Source of the DNA: a virus
Lineage: Duplodnaviria; Caudoviricetes
IMG/VR virus record: IMGVR_UViG_3300020576_004226
Location: 21,322-85,321 of that record
Direction: 5' to 3' (one strand)
DNA length: 64,000 nt
The position numbers were made by a program, and so were the translations under genes. Positions 37,722-46,770 of the stretch are shown one piece after another; within the stretch, counting starts at the first letter, position 1; each line of letters begins with the position of its first letter. The notes beneath the pieces were generated by a model. The model had not been told where the DNA came from. It saw only the letters and a program-made list of their open reading frames with translations, and ran no database searches.

Positions 37722-38353
37722 AGATTTTATGGTTGATAGGCTCTATGGCCTCTGGCAAAACCACGCAACACAAGTTGCTCATCGAGTTGCTCGGCGACGG
37801 TACGCTTGATGTCAATAATGGCTGCAAAGACCCGCTCCCTTTTTGCTTTTCAGTTTCTGGCGAGGTTGGTTCGCTTGGGCTTCTGAAAGAAGGAGTACAA
37901 ACTTGTGGAATTGACCCGGTTTACGGCGACCTCAAAAAAGAAGGGCTTCGCCGCTCCATTGCGATGGCTCACGAGAAAGGCGCAGAGTTGATTATTATGG
38001 AGGGTGCACAAGCGTCTATGGAATGGTACAAGCAAGTCATTCTACCGCAATACTACGATGCGGAGCTGTACGTCGTCCACCTGTCAATATCTTATGACCA
38101 CAACTTGCAAAGACTCCGGCAACGGCGGTGGCTAAAAACTCACGACACATTGGAAGGCTTCACTGGCTCTGACCAGATGGTTTTGGAAGACCGGACGTAT
38201 GACAATGTGCTCGGAAAGAACAAACAATACCGCAGCCTATTCCGGGCATTAACAAAGCAGTCTGAAAAGGACGGCTTCAAGACTCTGGAGATTGATGCGC
38301 TGCTTGATCGTTATCAAATTCTTGAACAAATTGCTGAATTCATATATGCCTAA
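37718..38353 (+). CDS. P-loop nucleotide kinase 2 (hypermodification-associated)
   Basis: WLIGSMASGKTT, LIIMEG and RLRQRR lid; paralogous to ORF 33667. Confidence 0.75.
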   Translation: MKILWLIGSMASGKTTQHKLLIELLGDGTLDVNNGCKDPLPFCFSVSGEVGSLGLLKEGVQTCGIDPVYGDLKKEGLRRSIAMAHEKGAELIIMEGAQASMEWYKQVILPQYYDAELYVVHLSISYDHNLQRLRQRRWLKTHDTLEGFTGSDQMVLEDRTYDNVLGKNKQYRSLFRALTKQSEKDGFKTLEIDALLDRYQILEQIAEFIYA

Positions 38354-39044
38354 ATCACTCATTTTCTGCGACGACTCCCTGAAAGTATTGAAGCGTTTCC
38401 CGGCTCGCCACTTCGCTGTCAGCTGCTTCTCTCCACCCTATGGCGTCAATTCCTTCTTTGATATCAGAACCGACTTTGACAGCCCAGAAAGCAAGTTCCT
38501 CACTTATTTTCAGGAGATCACTCGGGTGTGCGATATCACTGCAATCAATTTCACCCAGTTGCTTGAAGGTGACAAGCGCAATTCCCTCTTCATTGAGAAA
38601 TTGATTATCAACGCGGCTTGCATGGGTGTCAACCTTTACGACCGTTGGGTAATTGAGAAGCCTTCGGTGAAGCCGAGGAGAGGCGAACGTCCTTTGAGCG
38701 GCTATGAGTTTGTGCTGCTGTTTTTGAACCCTAACATGACCGAGAAGGACGTTGTTTTGAACCAAGATGCTTACAACTTCCGTACAAACATAAAGGCTTC
38801 CGGACACGCAAACTACAAGAAGTCGGATGAATTCCGTTACACTGGAACCACCCCGTATTTCCCTGAGATTCCACGTCAGGTCATTTCCATATATGGCAGT
38901 GGTCGGGTGCTTGATCCATTTTCTGGCTCCGGTACGACGTTGGTTGAGGCTTTGAAGTTGGGGAAGGATTGCGTTGGGGTTGATATCATTCCGGAAATTG
39001 TTGAATTTTCAAGAAACAATTGCAGACAATATGAAAGTCACTGA
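38346..39044 (+). CDS. Amino-DNA methyltransferase, beta class (N4-C/N6-A)
   Basis: N-terminal SPPY (motif IV), C-terminal VLDPFSGSGTT (motif I) and GVDI. Confidence 0.85.
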   Translation: MPKSLIFCDDSLKVLKRFPARHFAVSCFSPPYGVNSFFDIRTDFDSPESKFLTYFQEITRVCDITAINFTQLLEGDKRNSLFIEKLIINAACMGVNLYDRWVIEKPSVKPRRGERPLSGYEFVLLFLNPNMTEKDVVLNQDAYNFRTNIKASGHANYKKSDEFRYTGTTPYFPEIPRQVISIYGSGRVLDPFSGSGTTLVEALKLGKDCVGVDIIPEIVEFSRNNCRQYESH

Positions 39045-40095
39045 TATGCGCGACATAGTTGGCTACAATTTCGCCAACGGCATTGACCTGAGAAAGCCGC
39101 TCGAGTGGGTCGGTTCTCTTCCCAGCCCCGAGGTTGACGTGGATGAAGCGCACCTTGCCACGTTCTTTGAGATCATGAAAGAACGCCAAAAAATTTGGGT
39201 CAGGCGTTCGCTCCTTGACAAACCCGCTCCGTGGACTAAAAATCCCATTCTGCGCGACTACAAGTACACCAATGTGTACAGGGAACTTGATCGAGCAAGC
39301 CAATTCATGATTAAGCACATCTTGACCCAAGATATGACGATTGAAGAAAAACTGTTCAAATTGCTCGTTTTCCGTTTCTACAACCAACCCGATTCTTTCC
39401 GGCAGAACGGCGGCTTGATTGACCTTCCGAGTTATGAAAATTGGGACGTCAAAAAGATTTGGGCGCAAACAGTGGCACAGCGTCAAAAGTCCAACCCTTG
39501 GCACGTCGCTTACATGATGAACATGGCGTTCGCTCCGAAGTTGGAGAAGCCTTGGAGCAAGCCTGGACTGTACAAAGACTGGGCATACACTCACATTGTA
39601 TTCAATGCTATTCATAAGGTGATACCCGGCTTGGTTACTGTGCTCGATCAAGCCAAAAGACCGGAAGACATAATTGAATGCCTGGAAACAATTCCTGCTG
39701 TCTCCACTTTCCAATCGCACGAATTTTACATTGACTTCACATATTTCAGCCGTTACTCGGAAGACGACGCCATAATGAGTTTTGACGCGAATGATTTTAC
39801 AAATGTGGGTCCAGGGGCATCGCTCGGGTTGCGGTTGATATTCCCATCAATGCGTCCAGCCGACCAGAAAGCAGGGCTTTACTACCTACACGAATTGGCT
39901 GAGAATTACTTGGGGGAGGACTTTCCGTATCTCGTGTGGAATAAAGATCAAAAGAAATATTATGTTGTACACGAGTACGACCGCAATCTGTTCACGCTTC
40001 ACCAAATTGAAATGTTTTTGTGCGAATTTTCTAAGTACTGGAAAATGGTAATTGGTGCAGGAAAGCAGAGATCAAAATTCAAACCACATGTGTAA
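39031..40095 (+). CDS. 5-hmdU DNA kinase helical domain protein (aGPT-Pplase1-like)
   Basis: ERQKIW..R...PAPWTKNPILRDYKYTNVYRELDR, FRFYNQP, FQSHEFYIDFTY, VGPGASLGL and IEMFLCEFSKY. Confidence 0.82.
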   Translation: MKVTDMRDIVGYNFANGIDLRKPLEWVGSLPSPEVDVDEAHLATFFEIMKERQKIWVRRSLLDKPAPWTKNPILRDYKYTNVYRELDRASQFMIKHILTQDMTIEEKLFKLLVFRFYNQPDSFRQNGGLIDLPSYENWDVKKIWAQTVAQRQKSNPWHVAYMMNMAFAPKLEKPWSKPGLYKDWAYTHIVFNAIHKVIPGLVTVLDQAKRPEDIIECLETIPAVSTFQSHEFYIDFTYFSRYSEDDAIMSFDANDFTNVGPGASLGLRLIFPSMRPADQKAGLYYLHELAENYLGEDFPYLVWNKDQKKYYVVHEYDRNLFTLHQIEMFLCEFSKYWKMVIGAGKQRSKFKPHV

Positions 40096-40612
40096 CAAAG
40101 GCATGAGAATTCATTCTGAAGAATTCAAGCGAAAAATAAGAGAAAAACTCAATCCTCCTGGTAGAAGTTATTCGACAACGAAAGGCTGTAAATTGACTTT
40201 GAGTGAATCCCAGAGGGAAGATTTGAGAAACAGAGCCAAGAAAAATAATGAGCGTGGTTTCGAGAATAAAGGTGGTCGTTGCCAATTTTATCAAGTCGAT
40301 GGCATCGTTTTGCAAGGTCGCTACGAGTTGGTGTATTATCTTGGATGCAGTGAAAAACCCAAGCGAGCACCACGGATAAAAACTCCTTTCGGTTGGTATT
40401 CTCCTGATTTTGAGTTTGAAGATAGATTTGTAGAAATTAAATCAATTTACACAATCAAAACTTGCATTGCCAACGGACAGTACAAGAAAATTGCTTGGGT
40501 CAGAAAAAATATCAAAAACATTGAAATCAAGGTTCTCAATGAGGAAGATTCTCGGTTGTTCTTGTTGCAGCATGACATATCGAAGTTGCGATACCGACCG
40601 TCAAAGAATTAG
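40088..40612 (+). mobile_element. Putative free-standing PD-(D/E)XK endonuclease (homing-endonuclease-like)
   Basis: WYSPDFEFEDRFVEIKS motif, QGRYE and a basic N-terminal region; AT-richer; overlaps the upstream stop. Confidence 0.6.
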
Positions 40613-40662
40613 TAAACAGGTATTTTAACTTCATTTGAACACGAACTAATTTTCCAATTTCA

Positions 40663-42159
40663 ATGGATACTTTACAAGAACTCAAACGTCAAAGAGGAGT
40701 TATTGCACGCAATATCTTATCAACCATCCAGTTGCCTGCTTCAGATGGGCTTCCAGTATATCACGAATCAGATTTTGAAAAGGCCGTCTCAGATGGCTTG
40801 ATCGAAGTTTTTGAGGTTGAGAAAGTTTCCCAATTTGTTCGCAATTTACAGAAAGCCGAGGTTGACGCCAACGGAGACACCACGCTTCTTGAGGAAATTG
40901 AGAAGGCAAGAAGGGATGTTTCCAAACTTATCAAAGTAAAGAAGCAAGACAAGCGTGGAAAAATGACCACTGTATATGTCCGGGCTGGCGAAAAAGCGAA
41001 AGAAGGCGATTCTGGAAAAAAGTCTGAGGCCGCTTCTGGAGATGGCGGCGAAGCAAAAATAGGTAAAATATCTCGTTCGCATGCCGAGTCCAATCCAGAT
41101 GATGCCATTCATACCTACTCAAAGGAAATTGCGCACCACTCCGGTATGTCGCACGATGAATACAATAAGTTGCATCCGGCTTCAAAGAAGGAATTGCTGA
41201 AAACCCTTCTCACTCATCCAGCGCACAATGCGGAAGGAAGTAAGACTGTTCCTGCAGATGACAAGAAGGAAGAGCCTGATTACCACTCGCTCGGCAGGAT
41301 TTTGTCTCATGACTTTGATCATACGAAAAAACACTTAGGTGACAAATATGTTTCAAAAGACGGCAAAAGAATTGATCAACACGCCATATTGGCAGATCAT
41401 CCAGGAGACAAATTAAAACAAGCAGCCGACAAATTGGATGATGCTAAGAAAGGCAAAAGCGATCACAAAGACCTCGGTAAAGTTCACCCGGTTGACTGGG
41501 ATGGACCGAGCAAGGTGAAGGTTGTCGGCGCTGACGACAAGCAAGTACATGTGAAGCGAGTTGGAAAGGATGGCAAGGAAATGCAGGGAGATGAACACAG
41601 CATGTCATATTCGCACAAGGAATGGGATGAGGAAAAACAAACAGGAAAAGCACTTCACGGACAAGACCCAAAGGCTTTTGGAGATGATAACCCAGACGAA
41701 TCTCATGGCCAAAAAGGTAAACGTCCAAAAGAATGGAAAAATCCTGATTACTATAAAAATTGGGATGTGGATGAGCTAAAGGGAGCTATAAAACATGGAG
41801 AAGATACAGCTGACTACGAGGAGGGAGATGAGATTCACCAAGAATTAGAAGCAATGAAAGTGGCTTTGAAATCAAAAGCAAAGCAAGAAAAATCTCATGT
41901 CCAATCTCTTTCAGAAGATTTATTTGAGAATTACATCAATCCTTCGATGAATTGGAAGAATGACATGAAGCAAATTTGGGAGAAAAACGGAAAGCCTTCA
42001 AAGATTGCAATGCACACAAAGTTGAATGAATTACTTTCAAATGAGTATGATTCCGCTTCAGAAGGTGGTTTTCCGTATGAAGGAACTAAAGAAGAATTCA
42101 TCAATGCTGTACGTTCTGACATTTTGTCGGCAATTTTTGGAGAAACAAATAAAGGATAA
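40663..42159 (+). CDS. Putative head-packaged (internal/cargo) protein
   Basis: FEKA, LQKA and IEKA sites in the first 82 aa, then a basic hairpin and K/D/H-rich low-complexity modules; directly upstream of the portal. Confidence 0.55.
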   Translation: MDTLQELKRQRGVIARNILSTIQLPASDGLPVYHESDFEKAVSDGLIEVFEVEKVSQFVRNLQKAEVDANGDTTLLEEIEKARRDVSKLIKVKKQDKRGKMTTVYVRAGEKAKEGDSGKKSEAASGDGGEAKIGKISRSHAESNPDDAIHTYSKEIAHHSGMSHDEYNKLHPASKKELLKTLLTHPAHNAEGSKTVPADDKKEEPDYHSLGRILSHDFDHTKKHLGDKYVSKDGKRIDQHAILADHPGDKLKQAADKLDDAKKGKSDHKDLGKVHPVDWDGPSKVKVVGADDKQVHVKRVGKDGKEMQGDEHSMSYSHKEWDEEKQTGKALHGQDPKAFGDDNPDESHGQKGKRPKEWKNPDYYKNWDVDELKGAIKHGEDTADYEEGDEIHQELEAMKVALKSKAKQEKSHVQSLSEDLFENYINPSMNWKNDMKQIWEKNGKPSKIAMHTKLNELLSNEYDSASEGGFPYEGTKEEFINAVRSDILSAIFGETNKG

Positions 42160-43826
42160 TGAGCGACACAAAACCTCACAAATTAGACGCCATTTCTGGT
42201 GCTATAGCTAAATTGGAATTGCTCCGGCTGAAGACGCTGGAGCAAAGCCTTGTTTCTAATGATCCACATGAGATAATGAAGGCTGAAACTGTGCTCGCTT
42301 CTGTTCAGAATAGGGATGAAAGCGATCGCAAGAGCTATCAAATTGATCCAAACGATTTTTACAGTGCATTTGGATACAAGGAGCGCAGAACTGGGATGTC
42401 TTATGGATTGTTGCGTAATATGGCTAAAACGCCTATTATCAACGCCATTATTCGAACCCGTATCAACCAAGTCGCATCGTTCAGTGAACCACAGGAAGAT
42501 AGGTATTCTTTGGGTTTTGTTATTGAGAAGAAGCCACTTCGTCATGATGACAAAGATTCATCAAAGAAATTGACGAAGCAAGAGATGAAGGAAATTGACT
42601 TTTTGACCGATTTCATCAATAATTGCGGAGTAAACAATTCATTTGAGGGAGACGATTTTGACACGTTCATAAGGAAAATCACTCGAGATTCACTCATATA
42701 CGATCAAATGTGCTTTGAGATTGTTCCTGACCGTAAAGGCTTCCCGATGGAGTTCATGGCGGTTGACGCGAGCACAATTCGCATTGCGGAGTCGTTTGAC
42801 GACGACGAGTACAAGCGGCTCATTTCGCAGGGACATCACTCTGCTTCTATACAAGGCCGCCAAGTCAAAGGCTACTACCCCAATTTTGTACAAATTTGGC
42901 AGAATGAGATTCGAGCTGAATTTTACCCTTGGGAAATGTGCATGGGTATTCGCAACCCAACAACTGACGTGCGCTCCAATGGCTATGGCATTTCAGAACT
43001 TGAAGAATTGGTTTCGACAATCACCTCGCTGCTTTGGGGTGAAGAGTACAACAGACGCTTCTTCAAACAAGGCTCAATGCCAAAGGGTATGTTCCGTGTA
43101 AGCGGAAATGTTAGCGAGACCCGGCTGCGCGAGTTTCGCCAATTTTGGCAAAGCACAATGCAAGGTGTTTGGAACAGCTGGAGGCTTCCGATTATCCAGT
43201 CTGACCAGATTGAGTATGTTGACCTCCAGAAGACCAACCAGGAAATGGAGTTTTCAAACTGGATTGAGTTCCTCATCAAAGTGTCGTGCGCCATATACTC
43301 AATAGACCCTGCCGAGGTGAACTTTCCGCTCTCCGGTGGGGCAAACTCCAGCACGCTCTTCGAAGGCAGCAACGAGCAGCGTCTCGAGCATTCTCGTGAC
43401 AAAGGCTTGGCGCCTATATTGCGCTTCCTCCAGAAGCGTATAAATAAATTCCTTGTCGGTGCTTTTTATGGAGGCAAATACCGTTTCCGTTTTGTAGGAA
43501 TAGATGCTTTGACACCACAGGATGAGCAAGAAATGGACGTGAAGGCTTTGAGCAATTACGAAACACTTGACGAGGTTCGGGTGCGTCGTGGTTTGAGTGC
43601 GCTCGGTGAAGACAAAGGAGGCAATTTGATCATGAACCCCAATTACATGCAATTCGCCAATCAAAAGGCGATGGAAGACAGCGGAGCAGGAATGCCCGGT
43701 CAACCCGGCATGGATGGTATGGGTCAAATGCAAGATGGAGAAGGCGAGGCTGCTCCAGGAAAAGAAGAAGATCAAAATCCGTTCACTAAGTCAATTGAGG
43801 ATTATTTGAAAAAACTCAATTCTTGA
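42159..43826 (+). CDS. Portal protein
   Basis: LRNMAKTP...IIRTRINQV, RDSLIYDQ, AVDASTIR, GYGISELE, FFKQGSMPKG, DMEF/EMEF-type motif and IDPAEVNF; position in the head module. Confidence 0.9.
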   Translation: MSDTKPHKLDAISGAIAKLELLRLKTLEQSLVSNDPHEIMKAETVLASVQNRDESDRKSYQIDPNDFYSAFGYKERRTGMSYGLLRNMAKTPIINAIIRTRINQVASFSEPQEDRYSLGFVIEKKPLRHDDKDSSKKLTKQEMKEIDFLTDFINNCGVNNSFEGDDFDTFIRKITRDSLIYDQMCFEIVPDRKGFPMEFMAVDASTIRIAESFDDDEYKRLISQGHHSASIQGRQVKGYYPNFVQIWQNEIRAEFYPWEMCMGIRNPTTDVRSNGYGISELEELVSTITSLLWGEEYNRRFFKQGSMPKGMFRVSGNVSETRLREFRQFWQSTMQGVWNSWRLPIIQSDQIEYVDLQKTNQEMEFSNWIEFLIKVSCAIYSIDPAEVNFPLSGGANSSTLFEGSNEQRLEHSRDKGLAPILRFLQKRINKFLVGAFYGGKYRFRFVGIDALTPQDEQEMDVKALSNYETLDEVRVRRGLSALGEDKGGNLIMNPNYMQFANQKAMEDSGAGMPGQPGMDGMGQMQDGEGEAAPGKEEDQNPFTKSIEDYLKKLNS

Positions 43827-43847
43827 CTGCAATAATCTCTGAAAGTT

Positions 43848-44267
43848 ATGCTTTTTCTACAAGCTGTCACACCTGATTCTACAGCCATTACAGGCGTGTT
43901 TGGCATTTCTCCTACAACAGTTTACGGCGTGCTCGCTGGATTGTTGTTCTTAGCGGTTACTGTTTTAGGCAGACTCTATATTTTGAGTCATGATAAATTG
44001 ATGACTGCGAAGGATGCCGAAATCAAGAAGGCTGAGGAGTCCATTGCTCAACTGGTTTCTGAAAACCGCGAACTTCATAAGCAAATGTATGAGATGGGAT
44101 TATCAAACATCAGGACATTGGAAAAATTCGGCGTTTTGCTCGAGAATTTCCTGACTGAAAATCGTTCGGCTCAAAAAGAGCTGATGGTCAATATACGCGA
44201 CCTTACTGATTCAATCAAGAAGTCACTTGAATTCAGTCGCGAGTTGGTCCAAAATAAAAATAAATAA
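43848..44267 (+). CDS. Putative holin/antiholin (1 TM plus coiled coil)
   Basis: VYGVLAGLLFLAVTVLGRLY TM segment; directly upstream of the endolysin. Confidence 0.55.
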   Translation: MLFLQAVTPDSTAITGVFGISPTTVYGVLAGLLFLAVTVLGRLYILSHDKLMTAKDAEIKKAEESIAQLVSENRELHKQMYEMGLSNIRTLEKFGVLLENFLTENRSAQKELMVNIRDLTDSIKKSLEFSRELVQNKNK

Positions 44268-44270
44268 GCC

Positions 44271-45089
44271 ATGCAAATTATCACAGAATCAAGCGGCAGA
44301 CGCTACCGAATACTCATGAAATTGCTGGCCAAGGTCGGCTCCAACGACATCGTCCACTTTCAGGCTTCGAAGGGCTTGACAAAAGACGGCAGATTTGGCT
44401 TGATGTCATATGGTAAGTTGTACGAGGCTCTTCTGTCTCCCATCAACATCCCTTTCCATGATTACCCGGTTGGGCAAGTGTTCCCCAAAACTCAAATTAT
44501 CATACATCACTCCGCTGGGTGGGACAATGCGAGAGGCATGTTTCAGGATTGGGACAAGGACGCACGTCGTGGAGTTTGTACAGCTTGTGGTATTGACGAC
44601 GGTGGGCGGCTCTACAGAGGCTTCGGTGAAGAATTTTGGGGGCATGCCTTGGGCGTCGAAGAAGTTGAATTTCGCAAGCGAGGGATCAAAAACATGAACA
44701 ATTTGACACTCAACCGACAGGCTGTCCAGTTGGAGATTTGTTCATTCGGAGGCTTGACTGATAATGGCAACGGAGCATACAAGACTTGGGCTGGGAACAT
44801 TTTGCCAGACGCTAAGGCAGACAAAGTGCCTTTTCGTGGATACCCGGCTTTTGAACGCTACACAGAAAAAGAAATTGAGACACTTGAGACTTGGATCGTT
44901 TTGAACGCCATGAGATTTGATATTCCCTTGGACTACAAAGGAACAGCGTTTTGGAATGTAAACGACCGTGCGCTCTCCGGAGAGCCTGGAGTTTGGGGGC
45001 ACTGTTCTTTTCGCCAAGACAAGTCAGACCCATATCCGCAACCACAACTCATTTCAATGTTACAAAACTTGTTGTCTTATGAATCTTAA
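44271..45089 (+). CDS. Endolysin, N-acetylmuramoyl-L-alanine amidase (Amidase_2)
   Basis: IIIHHSAG, GHALG, QLEICSFG and GHCSFRQDKSDPYP Zn-amidase motifs. Confidence 0.85.
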   Translation: MQIITESSGRRYRILMKLLAKVGSNDIVHFQASKGLTKDGRFGLMSYGKLYEALLSPINIPFHDYPVGQVFPKTQIIIHHSAGWDNARGMFQDWDKDARRGVCTACGIDDGGRLYRGFGEEFWGHALGVEEVEFRKRGIKNMNNLTLNRQAVQLEICSFGGLTDNGNGAYKTWAGNILPDAKADKVPFRGYPAFERYTEKEIETLETWIVLNAMRFDIPLDYKGTAFWNVNDRALSGEPGVWGHCSFRQDKSDPYPQPQLISMLQNLLSYES

Positions 45090-45738
45090 TTTTGATGTTA
45101 AAAAGCAGCGCAACACACTCGGTATCATCATACTGGTTTGCCTTGCGCTCGTGTGCTTCCTGTTCTGGCGCCTTGCCTCCATAGCCACGCGGAATCAAGA
45201 ATCGCAGTTACTTGCGAATGTTGATAAAATTTCCAGAGCGCAAGCCGACGCTCAAATTGACACAATCCAAAAGTCCTGGGAAGCCAAGTTGGCTGAGAAG
45301 GAAGGAGAATTGGAACGGTACAAAGAAATGCTTGCCAAAAAAGGCTCGCAGACCGTTGCGCTCATCCAAACTCGCCTGGAATACCGCGACACTGGCTCAA
45401 TCAGGACTCAGGTTGTTTTTATAGACACCACCGATACACCCGAGGTTGAATTTGTTTACCCTGAATACACCGGCAAATTCAATGATGGATGGATTGAATT
45501 GTCAATAACCGCCAACTGCGATTCCATTGCATATGATGTTTCGACTCGAGACAGCATTTTGGTGTTATTCAGGTCTGAAAGAACCGGGTTTTTGAAGCCA
45601 AGAAAGACGACCGCTTACCTGTATTCTCAGTCGCCACATACAATTTCCAATACACAGGCTTTCCAGTCTGTAGTTCTGCCGCAGCGACCCGGCTTTTTTG
45701 TTCGCATATTCAGAGCCATATTCAATGGAAAAGGTTAA
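45079..45738 (+). CDS. Putative spanin-like (Rz-like) protein
   Basis: N-terminal TM and periplasmic coiled coil; overlaps the endolysin stop. Confidence 0.5.
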   Translation: MNLNFDVKKQRNTLGIIILVCLALVCFLFWRLASIATRNQESQLLANVDKISRAQADAQIDTIQKSWEAKLAEKEGELERYKEMLAKKGSQTVALIQTRLEYRDTGSIRTQVVFIDTTDTPEVEFVYPEYTGKFNDGWIELSITANCDSIAYDVSTRDSILVLFRSERTGFLKPRKTTAYLYSQSPHTISNTQAFQSVVLPQRPGFFVRIFRAIFNGKG

Positions 45739-45880
45739 AGATAAACCAAGATTCAAAGCCGCCAAGGAAATTGAAGCGGAGTTCAAGACTGCGTACTCCA
45801 AGTTCCTTGGCGACTTGGTAAAATTTGCTCTTCAAAATGTTCAACTTCAATCAAATACAGGAACTTCTACAGGCAGTTGA
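45725..45880 (+). CDS. Small hypothetical protein
   Basis: 51 aa, overlapping both neighbours. Confidence 0.35.
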   Translation: MEKVKDKPRFKAAKEIEAEFKTAYSKFLGDLVKFALQNVQLQSNTGTSTGS

Positions 45881-46751
45881 GAAGATGCATGTCACCTTCA
45901 TCGGCGACCAGTTGGGTTCTGATATTTTGACAGAAGAAGACAAGAATATTTTGAAGGGTTTTGGAATTGATTGGCGTGAGAAGTATACAGCCTCTGGAAA
46001 GATGGATGAGATGTTCCGTCTCGGCATGTTAGCAGAGGCTCTCGGGCAAGATATCACTCGTGGCATGCCTTATTCCAAGTTAAAAAAGTATTTGTCCTCG
46101 GGCAACCTCTTGCCTCTTACCGCAGCTGAAAGGAACGCATTGACAGCTGCCAAATTCCAAGCATACAATGACATAAAGGGTTTAGGCAACCGGGTGAGTC
46201 ACGACTTCTCGCAGGTGTTCGTTGAGGTTGACCAGAAGTTGCGAGCCGCTTATGAGACACTCATACGAACCGAGGCTGAGAAGGCAATTCTTTTGAGAAA
46301 GACGTCAAGGGAGTTGGCTTCTGTTTTGCGTGGGAAAACTCTTGATTGGAGCCGAGATTTTGATAGGATTGCCGACTACATTATGCATTCGGCTCTTGAT
46401 TCTGGAATTGCACAGCAGATATTGAAGACACATGGAGCGGACGCTGAAGTGTTCAAAGACGTTTATCCTGGGGCTTGTAAACAGTGCATTAAGGCTTATC
46501 TCACAGCTGGTATTGGATCAAGACCCAAGATATTTAAGTTGAGGGACATTTTGGCGAACGGAAGCAATATCGGGAAAAAGCAAGACCAATGGCTTCCCGT
46601 TATTGGACCACATCACCCTTGGTGCCGTTGTACACTTCAGCAAAAGCCGATGGACACTGAATGGGATGATGCTAACAGAGACTTCAAACCTGTAAGAAAT
46701 ACCCGAGGCGTGGTAAGGGTTAGCAAGCCTAAAATCTATGTGGAGTATTAA
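45837..46751 (+). CDS. MuF/SPP1 gp7-like minor head protein
   Basis: DWSRDFDRIA, ACKQC and GPHHPWCRC motifs. Confidence 0.75.
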   Translation: MFNFNQIQELLQAVEKMHVTFIGDQLGSDILTEEDKNILKGFGIDWREKYTASGKMDEMFRLGMLAEALGQDITRGMPYSKLKKYLSSGNLLPLTAAERNALTAAKFQAYNDIKGLGNRVSHDFSQVFVEVDQKLRAAYETLIRTEAEKAILLRKTSRELASVLRGKTLDWSRDFDRIADYIMHSALDSGIAQQILKTHGADAEVFKDVYPGACKQCIKAYLTAGIGSRPKIFKLRDILANGSNIGKKQDQWLPVIGPHHPWCRCTLQQKPMDTEWDDANRDFKPVRNTRGVVRVSKPKIYVEY

Positions 46752-46770
46752 ACAGGTTTTGACAAAACAT

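Noticed and set aside
33667-40095. dUMP hydroxymethylase or dCMP deaminase needed for 5-hmdU synthesis
   Set aside because: No thymidylate-synthase-like or deaminase ORF is present in this window; they must be sought elsewhere in the genome and are not claimed here.
41000-41900. K/D/H-rich low-complexity stretches in ORF 40663 as DNA repeats
   Set aside because: They are protein-level compositional bias without exact nucleotide tandem repeats.
45079-45880. Embedded o-spanin lipoprotein
   Set aside because: No overlapping ORF with a lipobox-Cys was found, so the spanin call remains tentative.
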